From positions 35,705 through 99,704 of the IMG/VR virus record IMGVR_UViG_2721756095_000004: DNA of 64,000 bases, one strand, 5' to 3'. Below the pieces are notes generated by a model. It was not told the DNA's origin. It made no database searches and saw only the letters and a list, made by a program, of their open reading frames with translations. Made by a program: the position numbers and the translations under genes. Origin of the DNA: a virus. Lineage: Duplodnaviria; Caudoviricetes. Below, piece after piece: positions 9,401 through 18,836 of the stretch (the stretch's first letter is position 1; each line of letters opens with the position of its first letter).

Positions 9401-12400
9401 GCCATTCCAACAACTTCCGCCCCAGCCACCAACTGTTCAACCATCTCATCAGTAAAGGTGAGATTAAATCTCTCCGCGATCCATTGCTTGATGAAGCGCA
9501 CGAGTTTCTTCCAGCCGTTAAGCGCCTTTGCCCGGTCAATCGACATATCGGCAAGAACTTCCTCGACGGCCGTTTCCTTGGACATGTCTTTGTGCAATCG
9601 CATCATCCGGTCCGCGGCATCGCGTACACGCTTATTCGTCGCGTAGATTTGCCGCATGATCGGATCAATACCGGGACCAAACATCTTCCTAAACCCACGG
9701 TGACGCGCCTCATGCATTGTCACCAGGAAAACCTCGAACGCATCATTCAGTTGGTCGGCGACGAGCCATATTTCGTCTGGGGCAGGAATGTAAACGCCAC
9801 GCACACCCCCTGCATTTTGAGACTTGATCTGCTCCTTAACGGCTTTCGGCAAGTCGCTTTGGGTGGCGGCAATATTGATCTTCTTGAACCCGGCTTGTTG
9901 CAGGGGCTCAATGAGTTTCTCGACGCCGGAAACAGAAAGGCCACCGCGATGGGTGGCCTGTTTGGATTTGGTGGATGCTGCTTTTAGGCGCTTACGGGTT
10001 TCGGCGATTCTTTCACGGTTGAATTTAATGCCTTCATCTGCTATATTAGAATTACTTTGGCCGCGAGCGATGGGGTCGTCCTGACTGGAACTTGCTTCAG
10101 GATTGGCAGCGTATGCGGGCTGTTTTCCAGTGACAGCGAGTGTGGGTTCGCTCCCACTCCAAAGCACCTTCATCCCTTTCTGTAGTTGCTTCTCAAGATA
10201 ATCTCGGCTGGTTGGAAACGCCGTGTTTATCCGGTAATAGTCTCCGTTCTCGCTCGGCTCAAGCTGCACAAACATCACATCTTTCCGGCCATTCTCTACA
10301 GCAACAAGTAGCTGACGGCCGCTAGCATGAAGAATTTCATTGAAGTTCTTCGCTACATGCGCGACAAAAGATTCAACTGATTCAAACCCGGCGTTCCTAA
10401 TCTGTTTTCCATGGTTGGCCTCTATATGCACGAGGCCATGCCCTGAGCCATCAGGCTTGTGTACCCCATGCGCGAGGCGAATGGGCGCGGCCTGGCGCTT
10501 AATCTTGCTCCCCACTTCCTTGTTTATATGACCAAAGTCAATCCCGCCGTCTGGGGTCTCTACAAAATCCGCCGGTTGTGGCGCGCGACTGAATTTTGGC
10601 GCATCAGTAGTTGATTCCTTCGCCTTCACCGCCTCCGCAATCTGCCGCAAAATCTTCGCCGCTTCAGCATCAGCCTTCTCGAACGCCTTGGCTTGCAGGC
10701 TGAAATACCTTCCCTCTACTTTCGCATCCGTGCGCTTGCCTTCCATCACTTCCTTGGCGCGTTCAATTGCTTTGGACAAGTCCTTGCCACCTTGTCTGGC
10801 AGCGGCCCGGCGCTTGATAAGGGATTCTACGTGTGAGCGGACGGGGTGGGCGGCTTGTGTCCCTGCGGATGCGCGCTCAACTACCGAATCCTTTTTGTTT
10901 GGAAGGGTGTTATGTACACGCGATCGCTCAACATTAGCCCAGCCGCCATCTTTATCCTTCGCGACCTTTCGAACGGTCACAGACCAATTGCCATCATTCC
11001 AATCGAACGACTCTACCCGGTCATACGTCCCCCAGTAGTTGCTGCGGATGATACTGCCGGGACGAAAATGCTCCTCCAGTTCGGCGCGCAAACTGGACTT
11101 CTTCGGTTTTGGCGTCTTCTTTGCAGGCTGGACGGCTTGCTTTCCCTCTGCTACGCTTTCATTCCCTGCGGGAGATTTCGCCTCGCGTGACTTGCTTTCG
11201 ATTGAGGGCTTGGGCGCGGGGCGGGTCTCCCTGGCAGGACCAGATTGCGATATGGGATTCGTCGTACCGTTCGTAACTGACTGATCTATATTCGATGTCG
11301 GAATCACGACATCGGCCTGAGTTTTAACTCCCTCGAATTCGGGGGAATTAGCTGCCCGCTCCGCCATCGCCTCTGCAACCGGCCTGACCTCAACAGTTCC
11401 ATTCTCCCCCGCCACAGCAGCCGCAGCCCGTTCAACTCCCGGCCTTCCATCGGTCGCCACGTCCTGAATAACCGTTCCGTTCGCATCCCGCGCAGTGACA
11501 ACCTGATCCGTTTCCGGCTTCTCATCAATCCCATACCCCAGCGCCTCGCCCATGCGATTATCGAGCGCAGCTTGCAGGGTAGCGTCATCGCGATATAGAA
11601 GAGTTCCCCGGCCCGGTATCTCTGCGGCCTGTACGCCTTCCGGTAGAGTGTCAGGCATAGGCTCGCCGGGAGTCAGCAACACGCCAGGCTTACGGCCTTC
11701 AGCAAGCGCGTCCATTTGCGCGTTGAGCGTTTCAATGCGCTCGGGAGTTGGCGCGTCAACCATATTCCCGACGTCAGGAACATGGTCAGGCTCTTCATCG
11801 AAAACATCATCCTGAATCGCATCAGGAGCCGCCTGCTGGCTTTGCCGAATCTCGTCAGCCTTATCCTTGCCCGTAGAAATAATGCGGTCTACGGCCTCAG
11901 AAGTGGACTCAGGGGCGTTCGCAATTTCAGGATCAATGCCTTCCGTTGCCCGGCGGCTCAATTCAGCCTGTGCCGCAGCTTTTGCACGCTCTCCGCCACG
12001 GGCAGCGGTGTATTTCAGGACGGAATTGGAAACTTCTGTTATTGGTTTGCCGAGAATGGTTGCTGTGTGATCAGCATCTTCTTGTGCCGGGTTTCCGCGG
12101 AATACTGCGCCAGTTCCGCCGCCCATTACCCCGCCGCCAATAGCGCCCATGGCGCCGCCGAACAGCGTTTCATCTATATTCTCTGGCGTGGTCGGATTGT
12201 CAAATGCAGCAAGTTGCTCGACTGGATTCTGAACTAGCTCTTCCGTGCCTTCCGCCATCATGCCTTTGCCGATGCCCTTGCCGATCGATCCTTTCAGGGT
12301 AGTGGCCGCAAACTTCTCGGCCAACTTCGCCCTACCCTCTTTCGTCATCGCGGCAAGCGCCCAATTCTGCGGACCAAAGCGGGATTCGATAGCGCCCACG

Positions 12401-13293
12401 GTTGCGGCACCAAGCGCGGCAACAGCCTTCGCTTTCGCGGAATCCTGATTATTCGGATCGCTCAGAATCTGCTTGTCACGAATACCGCCGAAGGAAGGTA
12501 GCGCGGCAATAGCGGCAGGCCCGAGCCATGACACAACCTGCCCGGCGGCGGCAACCAGCGGCGCAGCGGGACCGGCCAATGGGGATAATGCGGTAATGCC
12601 CTGGCCTACTGCTCGGGCTCCAACAATACCGGCCATGGATGAGGCTGCGTTGCCCGAAGCTTCAGCCACGGCGGTACCGGGCTTGTCGGCAATATCATCA
12701 AGGCTATTTACCGCCGTGGGATTGGCGTCGATGATTCCCTGCCCTGCACGTTTAAGAGCATTGTCTTGATCGACTCCGGGGATGAAGTCGGCGGCGACTT
12801 GACCGGCGCCCTTGATGCCGGCGCCAGCGGCGCGCGCAGCCGATGCAACAAATCCGCCTTCCTCTTCCGGTTCTGTGTTGGCCAATGCGCCTGCTACAGC
12901 CTGTTTATTGCCTTGCGCCTTTGTATCATTCGCGGCCGCATTGCGAGTTCGCGCAACAATCCCTGTATCCGGTTCGCTCGATCCTTGCGGCGTTTCGGAA
13001 GCCATCCGATTGTAGAAGTCCCGGCGTACCGGAGCGCCTTTGACTTGAGGCGCGGCAAGTCCAGCGGTTTCAGCAGACCGTTCCTCTGCTTGCTCCGCAA
13101 TACTCTTCTTGGGCGCGAACATGGAGAGGCCGGCGTCGATGGCGCTCGATACAGCAGACTTGCCCTTCACCATCAGCGAAGCGTCAGGATTAAGGTGCGC
13201 TTCATTCTTCTGGATAGCGGCGGCGATGTCCGCATCGGACATATCGGCAGGGAATTCCAGCACGTTACCCCAGGCTTCTACACGTTGAACCAT
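6457..13293 (-). CDS. Large polyvalent ejection/internal virion protein (2278 aa): BECR-like nuclease, HExxH metallopeptidase, LPD38-like C-terminus
   Basis: Last gene of podoviral late operon; Gly/Ala-rich N-terminus; GHGLVHIEANH; MHEARHRG..EEVLA; HYVPLHR, NPVF..RNF.RD, N..YMFMNASIQG, P.PYGY, NKNF.G.P. Confidence 0.8.
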   Translation of the reverse strand: MVQRVEAWGNVLEFPADMSDADIAAAIQKNEAHLNPDASLMVKGKSAVSSAIDAGLSMFAPKKSIAEQAEERSAETAGLAAPQVKGAPVRRDFYNRMASETPQGSSEPDTGIVARTRNAAANDTKAQGNKQAVAGALANTEPEEEGGFVASAARAAGAGIKGAGQVAADFIPGVDQDNALKRAGQGIIDANPTAVNSLDDIADKPGTAVAEASGNAASSMAGIVGARAVGQGITALSPLAGPAAPLVAAAGQVVSWLGPAAIAALPSFGGIRDKQILSDPNNQDSAKAKAVAALGAATVGAIESRFGPQNWALAAMTKEGRAKLAEKFAATTLKGSIGKGIGKGMMAEGTEELVQNPVEQLAAFDNPTTPENIDETLFGGAMGAIGGGVMGGGTGAVFRGNPAQEDADHTATILGKPITEVSNSVLKYTAARGGERAKAAAQAELSRRATEGIDPEIANAPESTSEAVDRIISTGKDKADEIRQSQQAAPDAIQDDVFDEEPDHVPDVGNMVDAPTPERIETLNAQMDALAEGRKPGVLLTPGEPMPDTLPEGVQAAEIPGRGTLLYRDDATLQAALDNRMGEALGYGIDEKPETDQVVTARDANGTVIQDVATDGRPGVERAAAAVAGENGTVEVRPVAEAMAERAANSPEFEGVKTQADVVIPTSNIDQSVTNGTTNPISQSGPARETRPAPKPSIESKSREAKSPAGNESVAEGKQAVQPAKKTPKPKKSSLRAELEEHFRPGSIIRSNYWGTYDRVESFDWNDGNWSVTVRKVAKDKDGGWANVERSRVHNTLPNKKDSVVERASAGTQAAHPVRSHVESLIKRRAAARQGGKDLSKAIERAKEVMEGKRTDAKVEGRYFSLQAKAFEKADAEAAKILRQIAEAVKAKESTTDAPKFSRAPQPADFVETPDGGIDFGHINKEVGSKIKRQAAPIRLAHGVHKPDGSGHGLVHIEANHGKQIRNAGFESVESFVAHVAKNFNEILHASGRQLLVAVENGRKDVMFVQLEPSENGDYYRINTAFPTSRDYLEKQLQKGMKVLWSGSEPTLAVTGKQPAYAANPEASSSQDDPIARGQSNSNIADEGIKFNRERIAETRKRLKAASTKSKQATHRGGLSVSGVEKLIEPLQQAGFKKINIAATQSDLPKAVKEQIKSQNAGGVRGVYIPAPDEIWLVADQLNDAFEVFLVTMHEARHRGFRKMFGPGIDPIMRQIYATNKRVRDAADRMMRLHKDMSKETAVEEVLADMSIDRAKALNGWKKLVRFIKQWIAERFNLTFTDEMVEQLVAGAEVVGMAENEVSLFDDKQAEAYREASSGTMFSRKPSRPDNNASSGPSRTSRIVDSLIFNFQDRFMDLRDIQKEAGPVNEDMDASLAEINYPGRVRARTDDFHDDMRDPLIQAIHDGNLKYEEVEEFLHAMHAPSRNAAMKDINPTVQELDERIKKLAATRDRLAKDKNVVEFIQKRRELRQAQSDVEDGLVDPTDEILLDREVSELRKKKAVQDYVQSIEQLKRLQNMKPFDGDNTALSGMSDAAAKAVIQKVKETGKLEALQRASSMVDEITTATRKVIVDAGLETPEMIAAWEAKYDHYVPLHRDEVGGNTNPPVGRGFNIRGKESKRATGSNRAVTDILAHVVAQHETAIIRAEKSRVDNALFEFVMAHPDPELWKVDDQDTKREMDPVTGLVVERVDPLYKQRDEVLTFKIDGEEHTIEFNKQNPAAMRLASSIKNLSTQQLGEVTQAVGKFTRFLATMNTTANPVFVARNFLRDLQTAYVNLSDTELAGMKRQVFADVPKAIRGMWQLTRGNMNSQWAKDAREFRDSGGQVGWMDNYRDIGERADKLRNQLEVMGPGKWNFTRRLAKDWWELIEDANSAVENGIRLAVYVNARKRGLSEGKSSSVAKGLTVNFNLKGAKSTELNMWYMFMNASIQGTARLIQALGNKQVQKIVGGIVASGFLMDILARSMAGDDDDDGENDYDQLPEHTKAMNFVFMAGSRPVTVPMPYGYNFFASVGRKMSEGMFRENYSPANSAVELAAVFFDAFSPVGQAGSVTQLIAPTIGDPLVQWGENKNFAGNPMRREQSPFGVPKPEYQMGFKSTSAPAKWLTEFLNDATGGNEVRPGFIDTNPALLDFAVSSLAGGAGRTYLQAFSLPIKAAQDEEIQAKEVPFANIFLSAKPEYQTERKFYQNLKSVNLAEEELKNFRGDPEKRAALRDEYGELKLSGRAKFVSNILENMRKRERAIEKSNPDDKREKLKELAERKRVLMSDFNKRYVEATR

Positions 13294-14600
13294 TAATCAA
13301 AACCTCCGGTGCGAGGATTGTATTTTCGGACTGCGCCAGCCTTCGGCGCGGGCGAACCTTGACCTGATTGCGCAAGGAAAGCATCAACATCTTTGGCTGA
13401 TTCTGCGGTAGACATGCCAGCTTTCACATTCGCCTCTATGAGCGACATCCTCCATGCTTCGGATGACTTGTCGCCATTCGTCTTAACTTGCCGCCATCCT
13501 TCTGCCGGGCTGTCAACGATCCCCTTCTCAACAAGATACTCAACCATCTGGGCGTCAGAAGGGAGTTTTCCGCCGCGCCCCCCGAGCGCACCAGAATTAC
13601 GCTCTTCCCTGATGCTCTTCGTCTCTTCGCCCAACTTGCCAACCTGAGCGTTTCTGACTCTCACGCTTGCATCGTTATCACGTACGCTGGAGTCATAATT
13701 CCGAACCTGAGCATCTGACACGCTCCGCTTCCCTTCCGATTCGCTACGGTCCATCTGGTGCTTGAGAAATTTATCGACATCAAGTGTGGTTTGCAGCAGG
13801 TCGCCAATGTCCATAACCTTTTCGCCCGCACCGGAAATATTAATCTTCCACATACGCGGATTATTCGGGTCCGCAGGCGTAGGTCTATCTTCCAGTTTGA
13901 TCCCGCCCTTTGCCAACGAGTCAATGGCCTCGTCCACTTGGCCGCGCATCAGTTGCATACCGCCTTCTATCAATCCTTGTTTCTTTGCTGTGTAGGCGCG
14001 CTCAAGGAACGGCTTGAACCTGTCACCCATGCCGTGCGCTTCAGCAATTGCACTCAACCGGTTCAGCTTGTCCGGGTTGCTGAGAAGATCAGTGCCTAGC
14101 ATTTGCCGGGTTAATTCCTGAGTCATATTCGCCGGATCGATTTCTTGCTGCTGTTGCGGCTGTTGTTGCTGTTGTGGACGCGACGCCTGGGCGAGTCCGC
14201 CAACTTGATAAGCGGCCGCATCGTTACCAGCGAACGCCTCGTCTGGAATCTGCACTACACCGCCTTCCGCAAATCGCTTGAGCGATACGAGTCCGCCCTG
14301 AGCAAAGCCGGGCATGCGCTTGAACCCCGGGTCCATCATTACGGGTTGTTGTGGAGCAGCGGCATTCATGGGCTGACCGCTTCCATCGGTACGAAAGGTC
14401 ATCAATTCTGCACTGGTCGCCTTTTTCCATTCCGCTTCACTGGCAGCCGCTTTATCCCGGTCTGCTTTCTTCCACTCATGTTCTGCGGCGTCACGATCAG
14501 CAAATCCCTGGCGCAAATCCATCAAGCCTTTCTGATTCATAAGGCCGACACCAGAAGTAATCCCTTGTGCCAAACCGCCCGCGAATCCACCTGAAGCCAT
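13293..14600 (-). CDS. Internal virion / DNA ejection protein (435 aa)
   Basis: Middle of three coupled Gly/Gln/Ala-rich genes after the GNAT; MASGGFAGGLAQG start; TAATG coupling on both sides. Confidence 0.7.
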   Translation of the reverse strand: MASGGFAGGLAQGITSGVGLMNQKGLMDLRQGFADRDAAEHEWKKADRDKAAASEAEWKKATSAELMTFRTDGSGQPMNAAAPQQPVMMDPGFKRMPGFAQGGLVSLKRFAEGGVVQIPDEAFAGNDAAAYQVGGLAQASRPQQQQQPQQQQEIDPANMTQELTRQMLGTDLLSNPDKLNRLSAIAEAHGMGDRFKPFLERAYTAKKQGLIEGGMQLMRGQVDEAIDSLAKGGIKLEDRPTPADPNNPRMWKINISGAGEKVMDIGDLLQTTLDVDKFLKHQMDRSESEGKRSVSDAQVRNYDSSVRDNDASVRVRNAQVGKLGEETKSIREERNSGALGGRGGKLPSDAQMVEYLVEKGIVDSPAEGWRQVKTNGDKSSEAWRMSLIEANVKAGMSTAESAKDVDAFLAQSGQGSPAPKAGAVRKYNPRTGGFD

Positions 14601-15775
14601 TACGCACCCCCTTTGTTCAGCATTGCCAGTCCACCTGCATTAATGCGATGAATAAAATCTTCCCCGACCAGATTCACGGCTTCCTCATTCAGCACCGCCT
14701 CGCCGTTTGATAACCTGATGGGCTGCTTGCCCTCGATGCTTGCCGGGATGGAATCGCTCGTACCCGTGCCCGGCCCCGAGATCATCCCGCCTTCCGCATA
14801 ACCCTTACGCTTCAATGAGCCAAGCCCGCCGCTGTACCGCCCCGGCGTCAGCCTGTACGCTGCATTGTGGCGAACCATGCCACCCTTGCGCATAGCCATC
14901 AAAGCCATGCTGCCGCCCATGCCGGCGAGTTGCCCCAAACCAGCAAGTCTTTCTTGATTCGCTTGCCATGACTGAAGTTGAGCATTGTGCTGTCCAAGCA
15001 TGAGATTGCCCCCAGCCGTATTTCCGGACTGCGCCCCGCCGAACCAGTTTTGCGCCGAGTTCATCCCGGCGTTGTGTATCCCGGCGCCGCTCGCCATATT
15101 TCCGGTTGCCGAGTTGCCGGCGTTCAAAGCCGCGGCATCAGCGGCTAATCCAGTGTTCGGCATATTCCGGCCAAAGTTGGCAACACTTTGCCGTTGCGAC
15201 ATTCCGAGTAATTCCGTATCGCGCCGAGCCTTGTTCATTGCTCCCGCAGTATCTTTTGCCTGACCAAGGCTGGCCTCCTTCTGTAGCGCCTGAAATCGGC
15301 CTGAATTGGGATTGACGCCCATGCGTCCCATTGCGCGTTCGTTCTGCTCGCGCGCGCCTTGATAGCCGAGCCCCACGTCGGCGGCAGCTTCAGCCGCCAT
15401 GCGGCTTTTGCGTTCGTCAGAATCGAAGTTATTCGCATCCTGGACCATTTTCTCTTCAACTGGAGCAAAGAGGTCACGGTAGATTTGCCATTGTGATTCG
15501 GCGCGGCCAGCATTCGCATCGCCCGCAGCGATTTGCTGATTGACGATTTTCTCAATGAGAGGATCTTGCTTCGCCGCCCGGTCTTTTTCCCAGGCAAGTT
15601 GCTCTCGGGCAACGGCAGCCTGTTCCTTTCCGAGCTCAACGTTTGATTTAGCGGCCTGGCCAATTGCAGGATCCGGCTCAGGCACGTCAGGTGCGCAGTA
15701 GCAAATATTCGGATTCAGGAACTCGATGTCACGCAGCCTTGCCAATCTACGCTTTCTCATCTCACGCATTTGCAA
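14600..15775 (-). CDS. Internal virion / pilot ejection protein (391 aa)
   Basis: AP..P.PDP.IG, MG.NPNSGRF, Gly/Ala/Asn-rich helices; C-terminal GPGTGTSDSIPA..LSNGE.V. Confidence 0.7.
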   Translation of the reverse strand: MQMREMRKRRLARLRDIEFLNPNICYCAPDVPEPDPAIGQAAKSNVELGKEQAAVAREQLAWEKDRAAKQDPLIEKIVNQQIAAGDANAGRAESQWQIYRDLFAPVEEKMVQDANNFDSDERKSRMAAEAAADVGLGYQGAREQNERAMGRMGVNPNSGRFQALQKEASLGQAKDTAGAMNKARRDTELLGMSQRQSVANFGRNMPNTGLAADAAALNAGNSATGNMASGAGIHNAGMNSAQNWFGGAQSGNTAGGNLMLGQHNAQLQSWQANQERLAGLGQLAGMGGSMALMAMRKGGMVRHNAAYRLTPGRYSGGLGSLKRKGYAEGGMISGPGTGTSDSIPASIEGKQPIRLSNGEAVLNEEAVNLVGEDFIHRINAGGLAMLNKGGA

Positions 15776-16373
15776 CCTCCAATATTTTAGAGAGCCCGTT
15801 TTCTGTGTGTCTGTAACCGATCATCTGGAAAAATCTACCGGCCTTGTTGATTACCTTCACGCTCACGTTAATCTCGCGAACGCCTATCTGTTGCAGCGCC
15901 CTTTCCCCGTATTCGATGAAGCGCATCGCCGTGCGCCCCTTTCGCGCTTCCGGCATTAGGAAAAGAGTATCCTCTCGTGAAAAGAGCGTTTGGGTATGCA
16001 TCGACTTGCTTACATAAACCGAGAAATTCCCGAGCAATCTTCCTTCTTTTCGCAGCGTGAACACAACTGCGCGCCCAGCCCGCTCATGGCGGAAGAAAGT
16101 CTCATAGTCCGGATTGAATTCAATCGAATGACGGTGCTGTTCCGTCTGCTTCCAGTGCTCGACATGAAGAGGTTTCATTTCCTCCAGAATATCCTCAAGT
16201 TTTTCGTGCGCAAACACGAACTCGCCGCACTGCTGCGGCTTGATCCGGTCCAGCACATCAAAAGAAACAAGTGTCGGAATTTGGTCGGCGGCGAGCATCA
16301 AATCTGCTGCCAGATCAGGTGTTAGAGATTGCCCGATATTCGCTTTAAGAATCTCTACTAAATGATGATTCAA
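15762..16373 (-). CDS. GNAT-fold acetyltransferase-like protein of the ejection module
   Basis: EDTLFLMPEARKGR..M motif A-like, FFQMIGY; position as T7 gp13 / P22 gp14. Confidence 0.7.
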   Translation of the reverse strand: MNHHLVEILKANIGQSLTPDLAADLMLAADQIPTLVSFDVLDRIKPQQCGEFVFAHEKLEDILEEMKPLHVEHWKQTEQHRHSIEFNPDYETFFRHERAGRAVVFTLRKEGRLLGNFSVYVSKSMHTQTLFSREDTLFLMPEARKGRTAMRFIEYGERALQQIGVREINVSVKVINKAGRFFQMIGYRHTENGLSKILEVANA

Positions 16374-16417
16374 TCGGCTCTCCTTGCGATAACATATTGT
16401 AACATAATAGTAATTCC

Positions 16418-16762
16418 TTAACTATCGAATCTATTGATAAGACTTTCGAGCGAGCTTCTTACGCTATTGACATATGAATAAAGCGCCTCGCATTCGGCTT
16501 TTGTCGGAATGGTGGAGAAGGTCAATTCCTCAAATTTAGGTACAGTGATTTTGTTACCGCGACGCCCTGTGAGAATTTCCAAAAGGGTTTTGAGCCACGG
16601 CGCGGTTCCGACTGGAATGCCAGGTTTCTTGATTGCCGTCGATACCGCCATCGATGACAGGAACGCATCGGCAACGATTCCTTTGTCAACCGCTTTGCCC
16701 GCGAAGCTACCCCTCCGGCGTATTCCATATCCACCGGAACCTAACCTTGATTTAGATGCCAT
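16418..16762 (-). CDS. Hypothetical virion-module protein (start uncertain)
   Basis: In operon orientation; KKP.IP...LEILTGRRG, C-terminal coiled coil. Confidence 0.5.
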   Translation of the reverse strand: MASKSRLGSGGYGIRRRGSFAGKAVDKGIVADAFLSSMAVSTAIKKPGIPVGTAPWLKTLLEILTGRRGNKITVPKFEELTFSTIPTKAECEALYSYVNSVRSSLESLINRFDS

Positions 16763-17240
16763 GACTATTAGTCTGATCGCCGCCAAGATACCGTGCGGCT
16801 TTCATCAGGACACTCGCATCTTCGTCGAAACCGCCAAGCCCTGTATTGCATCCATGACACAACAAGCCACGCACTACTCCTGTGGCGTGATCGTGGTCAA
16901 CATGAAGCTTCTTGCCTACACCATTTTCAGGTGGCTTGCGACAAATGGCACATAATCCATTCTGCGCAGCCGCCAAGGCATCGTATTGATCCACAGTCAG
17001 TCCGTAGCGACGCAAGTTATACCTTCGCTCGCGTTCTCTAAATGCTGCTTTGTCTTTTGCCTTTTCTCTTTCCCGGTATTCCGCCTGCGCTTTAGCCGAA
17101 TACTCTTTGTATTCAACAGTGCCGCGGATTTTCTTTTCACAATCTATGCATCGCAAACGGCGCCCACGTGCCGTCTTGGCTTTCCAAAACTGCTCGGGCG
17201 TTTTTTTTAGCTTGCATGTTCCACAATCAAGTAATGGCAA
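16752..17240 (-). CDS. Endonuclease VII-family (His-Me finger) nuclease
   Basis: YGLT..Y......Q.G.CAIC...LHVDHDH.TG.VRGLLC..CN.GLG.F.E. Confidence 0.9.
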   Translation of the reverse strand: MPLLDCGTCKLKKTPEQFWKAKTARGRRLRCIDCEKKIRGTVEYKEYSAKAQAEYREREKAKDKAAFRERERRYNLRRYGLTVDQYDALAAAQNGLCAICRKPPENGVGKKLHVDHDHATGVVRGLLCHGCNTGLGGFDEDASVLMKAARYLGGDQTNSHGI

Positions 17241-18774
17241 AGCGATCTCCGGAAGTCGGGCTTGTGGTCAAAGCTGTTACTGTGATCGTCGGCGTGGCAG
17301 ATGCCGTGCTGGCGGTAATGTCCGTGCTTTGGCCGCGTAGCGCTGCGGTCGTCGTATCGTCCGCGAAGGTAAGTAAGCGACCTTTGAACTGATCGGCAAC
17401 CGATGCGGCGGGAGTTACTGATGATGTGACAATACTGGTTGTGGTTGATCCAGACCCCACCGTCCCGATCACATTACCCTTGACCGCCCGTTCGAATGCA
17501 TTGAGCGTTGTTGTGGAGTTATTAATCGCTGACAGATTGCCGTCCATGCGCCCACCAACAAGGGCAGCGGGTAAGCGGGTTTGAATATCGTTTGTATCTG
17601 CCTGGATGCTTGCGGTCTCAGCCTTGATTGCCGCAATCTCCGTATCCAGCAGATCATCAATCGCATTGACGCTGGCCTGAGTTGCGAGTGCCGTTAAGCC
17701 CGCGCCCGCCGCGCCGATTACAGCGGTGTCCACTAGGATCGCGTCAACGACTGTCTTGATCGCTGCCACTTCGGTATCAATCAAGTCGTCAACCGTGTCA
17801 ACGCTCGTCTGTGAAGCTCTGCTGGATATAGTGGCATTGATGTTATCGCCCATGATCTTGCCAGCCGTGCCAGCGCCATACGCACCAGGTAAGGCAGTTG
17901 CCCAAGGATCACCAGCGGAACCTGATGCATTCAGAGCATACCCTGTGCTGCCAGCGGTCAAGTGGCCGGACAGAACCTCATCCCATACCGCATCAGCAAT
18001 CCCGGCTTCGGTCAGGCTTCCTCCGCCTACCGTGCTCACCTGCGCATCAAGGTTCGTTTCGATCAGCAGGCCATAACTGCCGGCGCTACCGTAGGTAGCT
18101 GTCGCCGCATCCCATACCGCCGTAGCTACTACGGAAGCGCCCATGTCAACCAGGCCGCCAGCAGTGATGGACATTGCGCTGAAATTCGTCGGGAATGCCT
18201 GGGTAAGCGAATATCCGGTTTTACCAACGTTCCAGTCGCCCTTGCCGTTAAGCGCACCAGCGGCGATGCCGGCAGCCGTAATCCACCCAGCAGTAATGGA
18301 CGGAAGATTGGTTAGATTTGTTACGGTCGTGATCGTGCCGGCAGTAATATTCGTCGGGCTCGCCACGCTTGAGGGGAAGGTAACGCCAGCCGCCGCAGTA
18401 ATCGTTTGTCCAGCCAATTGAATGGCGGACACGTCCAGATAATCTGTTCCCAGCACCAGCGCATCGTAAACATTAGCGGGCAGAACCATGAATTCACGGC
18501 GAACCGCGAGCGCGCCCGCTACATGGACGTTTATTTCCAGTTTTCCAAGGGTATTGGTATCTGTCGCATCGAGCACGGTGTAGTAGCGCCCATTGGCGAT
18601 GTGGGTAGCTCCACCTGAATTTTTGCTCGATTCTGTCGTACCGCCTTCTTTCCATAGCTTAATATCAGTGTTGGCAATGGTGAGCGCGGTTTCGGCGCTG
18701 TCCCCATCTAGCTTATCTAAAAACGGCCCCAGTAAAACCTCTTGACTTGCCGTTGACTGTCTTAACCAAAGCAT
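17227..18774 (-). CDS. Fibre-like structural protein with internal repeats
   Basis: RBS GAGGAG before MLWLRQ; Thr/Ala/Gly-rich; repeats AVWD and ASQTSVDTVDDLIDTEVAAIK / ATQASVNAIDDLLDTEIAAIK. Confidence 0.65.
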   Translation of the reverse strand: MLWLRQSTASQEVLLGPFLDKLDGDSAETALTIANTDIKLWKEGGTTESSKNSGGATHIANGRYYTVLDATDTNTLGKLEINVHVAGALAVRREFMVLPANVYDALVLGTDYLDVSAIQLAGQTITAAAGVTFPSSVASPTNITAGTITTVTNLTNLPSITAGWITAAGIAAGALNGKGDWNVGKTGYSLTQAFPTNFSAMSITAGGLVDMGASVVATAVWDAATATYGSAGSYGLLIETNLDAQVSTVGGGSLTEAGIADAVWDEVLSGHLTAGSTGYALNASGSAGDPWATALPGAYGAGTAGKIMGDNINATISSRASQTSVDTVDDLIDTEVAAIKTVVDAILVDTAVIGAAGAGLTALATQASVNAIDDLLDTEIAAIKAETASIQADTNDIQTRLPAALVGGRMDGNLSAINNSTTTLNAFERAVKGNVIGTVGSGSTTTSIVTSSVTPAASVADQFKGRLLTFADDTTTAALRGQSTDITASTASATPTITVTALTTSPTSGDRFAIT

Positions 18775-18836
18775 GGCAACTCCTCGCAAACTATAGTATT
18801 ATTCGTATTTCCATTATCGATGAATGAGCCACGCAT

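Noticed and set aside
14146-14176. CAG/CAA run as a contingency repeat
   Set aside because: Mixed codons encoding a poly-Gln linker, not a perfect microsatellite
14600-15775. Tape measure protein of a long-tailed phage
   Set aside because: Only the C-terminal motif matches; protein is short and no tube, sheath or chaperone genes are present in this prophage
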